From contig CAMNWO010000004.1 in the NCBI GenBank assembly GCA_946565805.1, positions 31,792 to 95,791 of the forward strand: DNA of 64,000 nt, in the 5' to 3' direction. Position 1 is the first letter of the stretch. Each line of letters opens with the position of its first letter. Source of the stretch: an uncultured Clostridium sp. (lineage in GTDB: Bacteria > Bacillota > Clostridia > TANB77 > CAG-508). Shown one piece after another: positions 8,139 to 17,201 of the stretch. Both the position numbers and the translations under genes were made by a program. The notes under the pieces are model-generated. The model had not been told where the DNA came from and did not search any database. It saw only the letters and a list, made by a program, of their open reading frames with translations.

Positions 8139-10226
8139 TTATTTTGTTTTTTTCTTTCTAGTTGTTTTTTTAGTAGCCGTTTTGGTAGTTTTCTTCGTTG
8201 TTTTTGTAGTTTCTTTTTTAACTTCCTCTGCTTCTTCTGGATTCCATTTTTCTCCTTCTTTTGGCTTATTCCAAGAAATGTAGTCACAAGAACCTGGGTT
8301 GTTTTCACATATGTAATAATTTCTTTTTCTTTTTGTTTTTCTAACTTGTACCGTTGCACCACATTTTGGACATGGTACATCAATTGTCTCGATGATTGGT
8401 TTTGCATTTTTACATTCTGGATAGCCTGGACAAGCTAAAAACTTTCCATATCTTCCATATTTATATACCATCATTCTACCACATTTTTCACATTGTACAT
8501 CTGATACTTCGTCTACTAATTCTACATGTTCTAATTCCTTTTCTACCTTTTCGATTTCTTTTTCAAATGGTCCATAGAATTCACGAATCATTTTTTTCCA
8601 TTCTTCTTTTCCCATAGCTATTTCATCAAATTCATTTTCTATTTTAGCTGTAAATTCCACATTGATAACATCAGTAAAGTTTTCTGTTAATAGTTTATTA
8701 ACAATTCTACCTAATTCTGTAGGAGCTAATTGTTTTTGTAGCTTTTCAATGTATCTTCTGTCTAGAATTGTTGTAATAGTTGGAGAATAGGTACTTGGTC
8801 TTCCAATATCTTTTTCCTCTAATGCTTTTACCAAACTTGCTTCTGTATATCTTGGTGGTGGCTCTGTAAAGCTTTGTTTTGGATTTAATTGATTTAATTT
8901 TAATTCTTGTTTTTCTTGTAAGTCTGGTAACATTCCTTCTGCTTCTTGTTCTTTTTGGTCTGTTCCTTCTACATATAGTGTCATAAATCCTTTAAATTTT
9001 ATCATTTGTCCATTTGCTTTAAAAGTATAACCATTCGCATCAATTGCAACAGCCATTGTATCATAAATAGCAGTTGCCATTTGACTTGCCATAAATCGGT
9101 TATAGATTAATTTGTATAACTTATATTGATCTTTTGTCAAATAATCTTTAATTGATTCTGGTTCTAGATCTGCATAGGTAGGTCTAATACCTTCGTGAGC
9201 ATCTTGTGCTTCTTTGTTTGTTTTATAATATCTATTTTCATAGTATTCTTCTCCATAAGTTGCAACAATATGTTCTTTTGCTGATGCTCTTGCTTCTTCT
9301 GAAATTCTAGTCGAATCTGTTCTCATATAAGTAATTAAACCAACTGTACCTTTTTCTGGCATTTTGACACCTTCATATAATCCTTGTGCAATAGACATCG
9401 TTTTCTTTAAAGTGAAACCTAATTTTCTAGATGCTTCTTGTTGCATCGTACTGGTTGTAAATGGTGGTGCAGGGTTTCTTTTCTTCTCTCCTCTTTTTAC
9501 TTCTTGTACGATGTATTTTGCTTTGTCTAGTTCCTTTAAAATTTTATTCATTTCTTCTTCTGAATGTACTTCTTGTTTTTTTCCATCTTTTCCATGAAAT
9601 CTTGCATCAAATGCTTTTTTACTTTCTTTCTCCTGTAGATTTGCATATAAATTCCAGTATTCTTCTGGCTTAAAGTTTTCGATTTCTTCTTCTCTGTCTA
9701 CAATTAGTTTAACAGCAACTGATTGCACTCTTCCTGCTGATAATCCTCTTTTTACTTTTTTCCAAAGAACTGGGCTCATTTTATATCCTACAATTCTATC
9801 TAATACACGTCTTGCTTGTTGTGCATCTACTAGATTAACGTCAATATCTCTTGGTTCCTTGATTGCTTTTTGAACTGCTCCTTTGGTTATTTCATTAAAG
9901 GTTACTCTTGTTATTTTATTTTGTTGTTCTTTCAAAATAGTGGCTAAATGCCATGCAATTGCTTCTCCTTCACGGTCAGGGTCAGTCGCAATGTATATCT
10001 TTTTAGCTTGCTTTGCTTCTTTTTTTAATGATTTTATTAAATCTCCTTTTCCTCTAATGTTGATATATTCTGGCTCAAAATCGTGTTCAATATCAATTCC
10101 CATCTTTGATTTTGGTAGGTCTCTGATATGTCCCATGGATGCTACTACTTTTGTGCTTCCTCCTAGGAATTTTTTTATGGTATTCGCTTTTGCTGGTGAT
10201 TCCACTATTACTAATTTATCTGCCAT
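8139..10226 (-). CDS. topA: DNA topoisomerase I
   Basis: 695 aa. TOPRIM N-terminus (LVIVESPAKA), catalytic region (YMRTDSTR), C-terminal Cys4 zinc ribbons and a Lys-rich tail. Confidence 0.95.
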   Translation of the reverse strand: MADKLVIVESPAKANTIKKFLGGSTKVVASMGHIRDLPKSKMGIDIEHDFEPEYINIRGKGDLIKSLKKEAKQAKKIYIATDPDREGEAIAWHLATILKEQQNKITRVTFNEITKGAVQKAIKEPRDIDVNLVDAQQARRVLDRIVGYKMSPVLWKKVKRGLSAGRVQSVAVKLIVDREEEIENFKPEEYWNLYANLQEKESKKAFDARFHGKDGKKQEVHSEEEMNKILKELDKAKYIVQEVKRGEKKRNPAPPFTTSTMQQEASRKLGFTLKKTMSIAQGLYEGVKMPEKGTVGLITYMRTDSTRISEEARASAKEHIVATYGEEYYENRYYKTNKEAQDAHEGIRPTYADLEPESIKDYLTKDQYKLYKLIYNRFMASQMATAIYDTMAVAIDANGYTFKANGQMIKFKGFMTLYVEGTDQKEQEAEGMLPDLQEKQELKLNQLNPKQSFTEPPPRYTEASLVKALEEKDIGRPSTYSPTITTILDRRYIEKLQKQLAPTELGRIVNKLLTENFTDVINVEFTAKIENEFDEIAMGKEEWKKMIREFYGPFEKEIEKVEKELEHVELVDEVSDVQCEKCGRMMVYKYGRYGKFLACPGYPECKNAKPIIETIDVPCPKCGATVQVRKTKRKRNYYICENNPGSCDYISWNKPKEGEKWNPEEAEEVKKETTKTTKKTTKTATKKTTRKKKTK

Positions 10227-10310
10227 GTAATCCTCCTTATTTTTTTGCTTTCTTAAGTATTCTAGCCCAATTTTCCCTAATTTGCAAGCTTTTTCAAGTA
10301 AAATTTTATT

Positions 10311-10634
10311 TTATAACAATATCATCTTTTTAGAGAAATCATTTAAAACATCATTCACACCTATTGGTGTTACTTCATTTTCTTTTAAAATATTTAAAAT
10401 TTCTTCTACTTTCTTTTCATCATTTGATAGATATTGTACTTTTTCGTTTTCTACTTTAACCTTATCTTTTTGGTATTCTGTTTTAACAATATTGATACCG
10501 AATTTAGCTTTTTCTTGCTTTATCATTTCATCTTCATTGATAATTTTATAATATTCTAATTTAATAGGATGTTCGATTCCTGCCTCCTTTAATGTTTCTT
10601 TTTTAATAAATGTACTGCTGAAAAACGTTCTCAT
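10311..10634 (-). CDS. Hypothetical protein
   Basis: 107-aa ORF immediately upstream of topA on the same strand. Confidence 0.45.
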   Translation of the reverse strand: MRTFFSSTFIKKETLKEAGIEHPIKLEYYKIINEDEMIKQEKAKFGINIVKTEYQKDKVKVENEKVQYLSNDEKKVEEILNILKENEVTPIGVNDVLNDFSKKMILL

Positions 10635-10822
10635 TTTTATCCCCTTTCTTTTGTAATCACGTTTCTCATAATACTACGTTTTTCAGTATATTTCAAGAAC
10701 TTTTCATCGCAAGTTTCCCCTTATTTTTTTGTGTTTTTACAAGTTTTGATATTTTTCATCTTTTTTCGTGCTTTTTGCTACAAGAAGGATGGTCTTTTTG
10801 GGTAATTTAAAAGAGGGATTGA

Positions 10823-11698
10823 TTAAGAACTCTCCTCTAATCCCTCTTTTAATTCTATATATAATTCTGCATTAGTTGCTGCATTGTATGGATTTACATA
10901 CAAAATACTTAATAGGCCAAATGTTAAAACTGATAGCAAATTCCATCCGAAAAATGACATATCTAAAACAAATGTCTTCCATTTATTCCCCTTCATCATT
11001 TTTTTCGAAAGCATAAAAGCTTCTTTTCTTTTTACAGTAGGATTTTCTGCTATAATATAAGGTATCATCCTATATTCATAGGTTTTAATAACTCCTCCTA
11101 TGATGGTTAGATACCAGAGTGCATTATACACATTCCTTAAAAACATTATGATTACTACATTTAACCAATGTTCTTTTTGAAAGATTTCTCCTATAATTCC
11201 TACTTTTGTATTACTTCCCTCTCTTGCTTTTAGGAAATATCTTTTTCCTCCTACAATTAATGGATCTGCTACAAATATGGTAAAAGCAAATGAAAGTACA
11301 GCACCTATATATAAGAGTATCCCCAACATTGGATAGTTATTATTGAATGATGTAATACCATCCCATATTTTGAAAATATATTTTTGTGACTTCGTTGCAC
11401 TATTTAAATTTGCTTCAATTGCTTCTATTATTTTTATTTGTGTTTCATTTAAAGTTTGCTTGATATTTCTTTCTGTGAAAAAAGGATCTATTTCTTGTTC
11501 TTTACTAACCTTCTTTTCTTCTACTTGATGAATAACAAAATTTGGATCCATTGAGTCTTCTGATTGCCATATTCCTACTGTTGATGTACCAAATTCACCT
11601 GTAAATAAAGCAATTAAAAAACATACCACAATAGCTGTCCAATAATTTTTATAGACAACTTTTTTTGCTTTATCTTTTAACTCTTTTCTTTTCCACAT
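10823..11698 (-). CDS. DUF975-family integral membrane protein
   Basis: The N-terminus MWKRKELKDKAKKVVYKNYWTAIVVCFL and the multi-TM layout are typical of DUF975. Confidence 0.7.
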   Translation of the reverse strand: MWKRKELKDKAKKVVYKNYWTAIVVCFLIALFTGEFGTSTVGIWQSEDSMDPNFVIHQVEEKKVSKEQEIDPFFTERNIKQTLNETQIKIIEAIEANLNSATKSQKYIFKIWDGITSFNNNYPMLGILLYIGAVLSFAFTIFVADPLIVGGKRYFLKAREGSNTKVGIIGEIFQKEHWLNVVIIMFLRNVYNALWYLTIIGGVIKTYEYRMIPYIIAENPTVKRKEAFMLSKKMMKGNKWKTFVLDMSFFGWNLLSVLTFGLLSILYVNPYNAATNAELYIELKEGLEESS

Positions 11699-11772
11699 TT
11701 TCCTTACTCTCCCAATTTGTGTTTCTTTTATTATAAACTACTTTCTTCTACTTAGCAAGTAAAAATGAAAAT

Positions 11773-12321
11773 CTATTCTTTTAGTATCTTCCTATATTTT
11801 TTGTATTCTGGCATGTGGTTTTCAAGTAAATTCCAAAAATCTTTTGAATGGTTCATATATTTTAAATGACACATTTCATGTAACACTACATATTCAATTA
11901 CTTCTTCCTTTTTGTTGGCAAGTTTTTGATTGATTGTAATATTTCGATTGCTAGAACAACTTCCCCATGCATACTTAATGTCTTTGATTCTTACTTTATT
12001 AGGCGTTTCTTTTAATAACTTTGTATATTTTTCTATGTATTTTTTTACTATTATTTTTAATTTTTGTATATCCTCTTCTTCTATGTGCTCTTCTTTTTTA
12101 TCATTTTCTTTTTTTAAGCTATTATAAATCCATTTTGCTTTTTTATTTACAAATTCCTGGATTAGTTTATCTTTCATTTTTGTGGGGGCTTTTACTGTTA
12201 CTTTTCCTTCTTTTACATAGATATATAGGTTTTTTATTTTAGAACGAATTATCTCATAGGATATGGTTTCACTGTTATATTTTAAAATTTCTTTTTTATT
12301 TATCATGATTTTTTCCTCCAC
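11773..12321 (-). CDS. YgjP-like (DUF45 / M48-type) metal-dependent hydrolase
   Basis: HEMCH zinc motif (VVLHEMCHLKYMNHSKDFW). Confidence 0.75.
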   Translation of the reverse strand: MEEKIMINKKEILKYNSETISYEIIRSKIKNLYIYVKEGKVTVKAPTKMKDKLIQEFVNKKAKWIYNSLKKENDKKEEHIEEEDIQKLKIIVKKYIEKYTKLLKETPNKVRIKDIKYAWGSCSSNRNITINQKLANKKEEVIEYVVLHEMCHLKYMNHSKDFWNLLENHMPEYKKYRKILKE

Positions 12322-12385
12322 ACCTAAAGGTATTACTTATCTGTAAGCTCACTTAACGTTTGCACAGCTAAGGGCATCCCCAAAA

Positions 12386-13600
12386 TCATTCTATATCTTT
12401 TAATTTTAGGATGTCTCCTACTTGCATTTTTCCAGCTCTCGTAATAGTGTTATATCCATATTTTTCTTTTAGCTCATCAATTGCCTTGTCTAGTTTCTCT
12501 TGCTTTTCATTGTCTTCATTTTTAAATAAAGACATTTGTTGTTCTTCTTTTTGAATTAGGTTATCTACTCTTACTCCTACCAATCTAATTGCCATTCCTT
12601 TTTGATACATCTGTCCTAATAGCTCTTTTGCTTTTTGATAAATTTCTTTTGTTGATGCTGTGGCTAATAACATTTTTCCTTGATGAGATGTATCTTCAAA
12701 ATCTTTGGTTCTTAGTTGCACATTTACGGTGTTAGTTAATAATTGATATCTTCTTAGTCGATAGGTCACTTGCTCTGTTAGGGCTAATACGATTTCTTCT
12801 AATTTTTTGATATCTGTTACATTTTGTGGCAATGTGATAGAATTTCCGATTCCCTTTGGTAGTTCTTTTTCGTACTTTACTTCTGAATTGTCAATTCCAT
12901 TAGCATATTCCCACATCATAATTCCATGTTTTCCAAATTTCTTTTCTAGCATATTTTTATCTGCTTTGGCTAATTCTCCAATGGTTTTTATTTGTAAATT
13001 ATATAATTTTGGTGCACTCTTCTTCCCCAACATGAATAGTTCCGAAATGGGTAATGGCCACATTTTAGTTGGTATTTCTTCTTGGTATAGTGTGTGTATT
13101 TTGTCTGGTTTTGTAAAATCAGATGCCATTTTGGCTAATAGTTTATTGTTAGCTACGCCTATGTTTACGGTAAATCCTAATTCTTCTTTTACTCTTTTGC
13201 TGATTTCTTTTGCTTTGTTTAATAGACTATCTTTCATGAGATAGTTTGTCATGTCTAAAAAGCATTCGTCAATACTAAATCTTTCTATCTTGTCTGTATA
13301 TTGCAATAGTAGATTATATAAAGCGTCTGAGTATTTTCTATAGATTTTGAAGTTTGATTGATAAATCTGCAAATTAGGACATTTTATTTTTGCTTGGTAT
13401 ATGGTTTCTGCTGTTCGAATTCCACATTCTTTTGCTTTCATACTTTTGGCTAGTACAATTCCTGATCTTTTTGTTTCGTCTCCTCCTATGATAGCTGGTA
13501 TTTCTCGAATGTCAATTTTGCTTCCTTGTTTTAACATTTCTACTGCTGTCCAACTTAAAAAAGCATTGTTGACGTCTATGTGTAATATTTGTTTTTCCAT
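12386..13600 (-). CDS. dinB: DNA polymerase IV (Y-family)
   Basis: 404 aa with ILHIDVNNAFLS, SIDECFLD and the little-finger region. Confidence 0.9.
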   Translation of the reverse strand: MEKQILHIDVNNAFLSWTAVEMLKQGSKIDIREIPAIIGGDETKRSGIVLAKSMKAKECGIRTAETIYQAKIKCPNLQIYQSNFKIYRKYSDALYNLLLQYTDKIERFSIDECFLDMTNYLMKDSLLNKAKEISKRVKEELGFTVNIGVANNKLLAKMASDFTKPDKIHTLYQEEIPTKMWPLPISELFMLGKKSAPKLYNLQIKTIGELAKADKNMLEKKFGKHGIMMWEYANGIDNSEVKYEKELPKGIGNSITLPQNVTDIKKLEEIVLALTEQVTYRLRRYQLLTNTVNVQLRTKDFEDTSHQGKMLLATASTKEIYQKAKELLGQMYQKGMAIRLVGVRVDNLIQKEEQQMSLFKNEDNEKQEKLDKAIDELKEKYGYNTITRAGKMQVGDILKLKDIE

Positions 13601-13615
13601 AGTATCACCAATGCC

Positions 13616-13644
13616 ATTATAGAATGTTTGTTTGTATTTGTCAA
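13616..13644 (-). promoter_or_regulatory. dinB promoter (TTGACA-17-TATAAT) with a degenerate Cheo/LexA-like box in the spacer
   Basis: -35 at 13639-13644 and -10 at 13616-13621. GAATGTTTGTTT at 13622-13633 resembles GAAC-N4-GTTC with 2 mismatches. Confidence 0.4.
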
Positions 13645-13689
13645 GAAAAATTTTTTTATACGATAAAAGGAGAGCTTACAAGCCCTCCT

Positions 13690-13929
13690 CTACTCAGTAA
13701 TATGAGACCAGATAAATTTTGCCATCTCCCAAAGATAATCTTCAAGTACAAAGTTACCATTCTCATCAAAAACAGGTTTTCCTTCTTCATCTATCTTAAC
13801 TGGTACAAACCCTGAAGAATAATATTCTCCATTCTTTGCTAAAATAATATGCGTTAAGAGTTGATTTCCATCGATGATATCAAAATTTACCATGTCCCTA
13901 TCATACCGCGTTACCTTTGTAGTTTTCAT
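13690..13929 (-). CDS. Hypothetical 79-aa protein
   Basis: GGAGGT Shine-Dalgarno before ATG 13929 (MKTTKVTRYDRD...). Contains an in-frame CGG at 13906-13908 with no frame change. Confidence 0.5.
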   Translation of the reverse strand: MKTTKVTRYDRDMVNFDIIDGNQLLTHIILAKNGEYYSSGFVPVKIDEEGKPVFDENGNFVLEDYLWEMAKFIWSHITE

Positions 13930-14016
13930 AGTGTCTACCTCCATATAAACAATTTTGTTATAAAGCTATCTTTATTATAGCATATTTACATAATTTTTTC
14001 AAGTTTTGTATTATTT

Positions 14017-14778
14017 TTACTTTTCTATTTTTCTTTTTTGCACTCTATAAGTAATTTTACTAATCCAAGAAGTAGGAACTAGTTTAGCTCCCAATCTTGC
14101 AAATTTCACATCAATTCCAGGAACAATATAAAACTTTCCTTTTTCTAGTTTTCTAATCGCATATTTTGCAACTGTCATACTATTAGCTTCTCGTAAATGA
14201 AATTTTACATTAGCTACTTTATTGAAATTCGTCTCCACTGGTCCTGGGCATAAAATGCTAATCTGCACGTTTGACTTCTCTTTTCTTAATTCTTCTCGTA
14301 TTCCCTCTGAAATTCTTACAATATAAGCTTTTGTTGCATAATAAGTAGACATGAGTGGTCCTGGCATAAAACCTGCTATAGAAGCAACATTTAGTATTTT
14401 ACCGCTCCCTTTTTTCTTCATGTCAATTAAATATAGTTTCATTAGTGTATGATAAGCTATTATATTAGTATTAATCATATCAATTTCTTTTTTCAAAGAT
14501 GTTTTAGAAAAATTTCCACAATCTCCAAAACCCGCATTATTGATTAAGATATCCACATTTTTTACTTTTCTGTGGATTTCTTCACAATTTTCTATTTTCG
14601 ATAAATCGGTTGCTATCATTTCTACTTCAATTCGATTTTTTTCTTCTAACTCTTGTGCTAATTTTTTTAGTTCCTTTTCATTTCTAGCAACCAATACCAA
14701 ATTATATCCTTTACTAGCAAGCACTCTTGCCATATCTCTTCCAATTCCTGATGACGCTCCTGTAATTAATGCTTTCAT
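14017..14778 (-). CDS. SDR-family oxidoreductase
   Basis: TGASSGIGR cofactor motif, NNAG, and YxxxK (YYATKAY). Confidence 0.85.
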   Translation of the reverse strand: MKALITGASSGIGRDMARVLASKGYNLVLVARNEKELKKLAQELEEKNRIEVEMIATDLSKIENCEEIHRKVKNVDILINNAGFGDCGNFSKTSLKKEIDMINTNIIAYHTLMKLYLIDMKKKGSGKILNVASIAGFMPGPLMSTYYATKAYIVRISEGIREELRKEKSNVQISILCPGPVETNFNKVANVKFHLREANSMTVAKYAIRKLEKGKFYIVPGIDVKFARLGAKLVPTSWISKITYRVQKRKIEK

Positions 14779-14788
14779 AAACTTCCCT

Positions 14789-15337
14789 CTAATTCCTACT
14801 AAATTTATTTAAAATAATTCCAACAGCATGTACAATTACTGTTGACTTACTGTTAGCAATTCCTTTTCCTAAAGCTTTTCCACCTACAGTTAAGGCTGCT
14901 ACTAAAGCACTTAATAAGAATTGTAAATCAAAGTTCAAACTAAATTGTTCGGTTATTTTCATGGCTATTAATGCACTAATAGCACCACTTAATACACCAC
15001 ATATATCTCCAATTACATCTGCACAAATATTAGCTACCTTTGGTGCATTTCTAATAAGTTTGATAGAATCTTTGGACCCTTTCACTTTTTTCGTTGCTTT
15101 AGCATGAAATTCATGCTCATTAGCAACAGTTACTGCTACTCCTATAATATCGAAAAAAATTCCAATTATAATTACTAGTATTAATATTAAGATAGCAGAT
15201 ATCAAATTCAAATGAGATACCCCATTAGCTGATATATAGGAAAATATCATAGATAATATGAAAGTCATGACAAATACTTCTATGAACCATTTGACATTCG
15301 AGTTTTCTTTTCCTTCTTTTTCTTGTTTATTACTCAT
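14789..15337 (-). CDS. Four-TM membrane protein; candidate OLE-associated protein OapA
   Basis: Start moved to ATG 15337 (GGAGAGAAA Shine-Dalgarno), because the ORF-track N-terminal extension only translates the palindromic repeat. 182 aa with 4 predicted TM helices and Asp residues in the TM segments (FDIIGVA, ADVIGDICG). Lies directly downstream of the large ncRNA candidate. Confidence 0.6.
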   Translation of the reverse strand: MSNKQEKEGKENSNVKWFIEVFVMTFILSMIFSYISANGVSHLNLISAILILILVIIIGIFFDIIGVAVTVANEHEFHAKATKKVKGSKDSIKLIRNAPKVANICADVIGDICGVLSGAISALIAMKITEQFSLNFDLQFLLSALVAALTVGGKALGKGIANSKSTVIVHAVGIILNKFSRN

Positions 15338-15362
15338 TTCTTTCTCTCCTTTTTTTATTTTT

Positions 15363-15474
15363 AAAAATGAGACGGTAGGGACAGGTCTTAACTGTCTCAT
15401 TTTTGTTTTAATAAAATAGATTTTACCTAAATATAAAAATGAGACAGTTAAGACCTGTCCCTCTTGTCTCATTT
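15363..15474. repeat. Pair of about 40-bp hairpin repeats in inverted orientation around a 30-bp spacer, between the ncRNA candidate and the membrane-protein gene
   Basis: Arms 15363-15404 and 15435-15474 match over AAATGAGAC....GGGACAGGTCTTAACTGTCTCATTTTT. Each arm folds on itself (AAAATGAGAC / GTCTCATTTT). Confidence 0.85.
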
Positions 15475-15479
15475 CTTTT

Positions 15480-16094
15480 CGATTGTTAGATGGTAAAAGC
15501 CTAAGTAAATTTTACAGTTTAGGTCTGGTTGAATTTCTCTATTTCCCGCTTAGCATTACTGCTAGAGCCGTTTCCGTTTAAGGGAAATATCTATTAGATT
15601 TAATAGACACCAGATCGCCACTTAAATCTGTACCTTAATCCCTAGACTTTCCTAGCTATTTTTTCATAGCAAACATTCTAGAAGTTTTCCTTAACATACA
15701 ATTTCTTCTTTACTAGTCTTTTTTGCAAAAGCAATTTCATAATCTAAAAATAAAATTGATTTGGCCGAAATAAATTTTATTTTCTTTTAAGATAATCCCA
15801 ATACCTTCACTCAAGACAGGCTACTCTATGTATTTTGTGTCTTGGCACGCAACATAGGTTTCACTTAAATGTTGTTACTAATGGTTGTGTTATTAACTTT
15901 AGAACTCTGTTTAAGCCTCCGCGAAACCAGGGTTTCTTATGTATGCCATTACATATCTCCCTAATTTCTTTACTCCCTGGATACACACAAAACTGGCATT
16001 TCGCGCATAAACAAGAAACTTCAACGATGTGCCCTTTAGTGGATTTTTAGCCCCACCCTCGTAAAGTTTGTATGACTAGAATAATGCACCATCG
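15480..16094 (-). ncRNA. Large structured non-coding RNA; tentatively OLE RNA
   Basis: About 600 nt with no credible ORF on either strand. Visibly less AT-rich than its surroundings, with many local complementary segments. Near-consensus promoter just upstream and a 4-TM protein gene directly downstream on the same strand. No RNase P, tmRNA or group II signatures were seen. Confidence 0.45.
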
Positions 16095-16100
16095 ATATAT

Positions 16101-16129
16101 ATTATACAGTTTTTGGTTAAATATTCCAA
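16101..16129 (-). promoter_or_regulatory. Promoter TTGGAA-17-TATAAT driving the ncRNA candidate
   Basis: -35 at 16124-16129 and -10 at 16101-16106 on the minus strand. Confidence 0.45.
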
Positions 16130-16244
16130 ATTTCTTTTTCGTTTGTTTTTGCCAAATTCAGGGTTTACAGGGCAAATTTATTTCCCTATTTTGCCCTTAT
16201 CCTTATTTTTTCTCGAATTATCTCTCTTTTTCTTTCATTTTTAT

Positions 16245-16916
16245 CTATATGTGTTTTTCTATTTCTTTATATATTTCTTCATGGATATCTTGAATCGTTC
16301 TAATCTCATCTTCTTTTACACATTGTACCTCATACCAATTATAATCTTTTGCTACATCACAAGCTGCATGATAGGCATCAATTAGATGGTTTTTGTCGCT
16401 TTCATGTATGTCTTTTTTAGTATCATGTGTAAATTTATTTTCTCTATTTTTAATTAGTTCTAATGATTTTTCAACTGGCATATTTAAGAAAAATACTTCT
16501 GTTGGAACTGGTAGTCCATATAGATTAAATTCAAAGTCCCATAACCAGTCTAAGAATTTTTTTCTTTCTTCTTTATCTTCTATTTTTCCTGCTTGGTGTA
16601 CCATATTGGCAGTTGTATATCGGTCTGCTAATATAATTCCTCCATTTTCATAATATTCTTTGTATCCTGTTTGAAAAGTTGCATATCTGTCTGCTGCATA
16701 AAATGTAGATGCAACATAAGGACTTATTTTTTTTGCATCTTTTCCAAACTCTCCTGATAAATACATTTTGACTAAAGATGAGCTTGGACTGTCATAGTTT
16801 GGAAAGCTTACTATTTTGTAATCAATTCCATCTTTTATTAATCTTTCTTTTAATTTCTCAAATTGTGTTTGTTTTCCACTTCCATCTGTTCCATCTATTA
16901 CAAATAATTTTCCCAT
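16245..16916 (-). CDS. tmk: Thymidylate kinase family protein
   Basis: P-loop IDGTDGSGKQTQ, DRY motif (LADRYTTAN) and a lid region. Confidence 0.7.
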   Translation of the reverse strand: MGKLFVIDGTDGSGKQTQFEKLKERLIKDGIDYKIVSFPNYDSPSSSLVKMYLSGEFGKDAKKISPYVASTFYAADRYATFQTGYKEYYENGGIILADRYTTANMVHQAGKIEDKEERKKFLDWLWDFEFNLYGLPVPTEVFFLNMPVEKSLELIKNRENKFTHDTKKDIHESDKNHLIDAYHAACDVAKDYNWYEVQCVKEDEIRTIQDIHEEIYKEIEKHI

Positions 16917-16918
16917 TT

Positions 16919-17038
16919 TTATTCTCCTTCATTTTCTTTTTCTATTTTTTCTTCTTTTTTGTTGGCTAACATTTTATTAATGCTTTCTAGTATATCGTCT
17001 GAATTTTCATCAAATTCGTCTTTTACTAAGTTAAACAT
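16919..17038 (-). CDS. 39-aa acidic small ORF abutting tmk
   Basis: AAGGAG Shine-Dalgarno before ATG 17038. Its stop sits 2 nt before the tmk ATG. Product: MFNLVKDEFDENSDDILESINKMLANKKEEKIEKENEGE. Confidence 0.3.
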   Translation of the reverse strand: MFNLVKDEFDENSDDILESINKMLANKKEEKIEKENEGE

Positions 17039-17201
17039 TTTTATTTTCTCCTTTCACATTTACTGTCTAAATTTTACTAAATTAATTGATAAAAAGCAAC
17101 CTTTATTCGATTTAAGTTTCAGTATTTTTTCTTATAGATAAAACTAAGAAGTTATTGTACTTTTTCTTTGTTTTGTTATATAGTATATTTGAGGTGATAA
17201 C

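Noticed and set aside
8135-10333. Multiple 60-115-aa ORFs antisense to or overlapping topA. The same situation occurs within cas3, hsdR, sufC (48872..49549), the transporter gene (29182..30318) and other genes.
   Set aside because: These are shadow ORFs inside long, well-supported genes. They have low-complexity, hydrophobic composition typical of antisense frames in AT-rich DNA and lack a Shine-Dalgarno.
14789-15472. The ORF-track N-terminal extensions (MRQEGQVLTVSF... here, and MSLNAPKGAKGNVPIAH... at 60481..61566) could be real N-termini.
   Set aside because: Both extensions lie entirely within the palindromic repeat elements, have no Shine-Dalgarno, and are followed by an internal ATG with a good Shine-Dalgarno where the family-typical sequence begins.
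15480-16094. The large non-coding region could be RNase P RNA, tmRNA or an ORF-less group II intron.
   Set aside because: A GGAAAGTC-like string is present, but the other RNase P core motifs are not. There is no tRNA-like 3' end or tag-peptide ORF for tmRNA, and no GUGYG 5' end or recognisable domain V for a group II intron.
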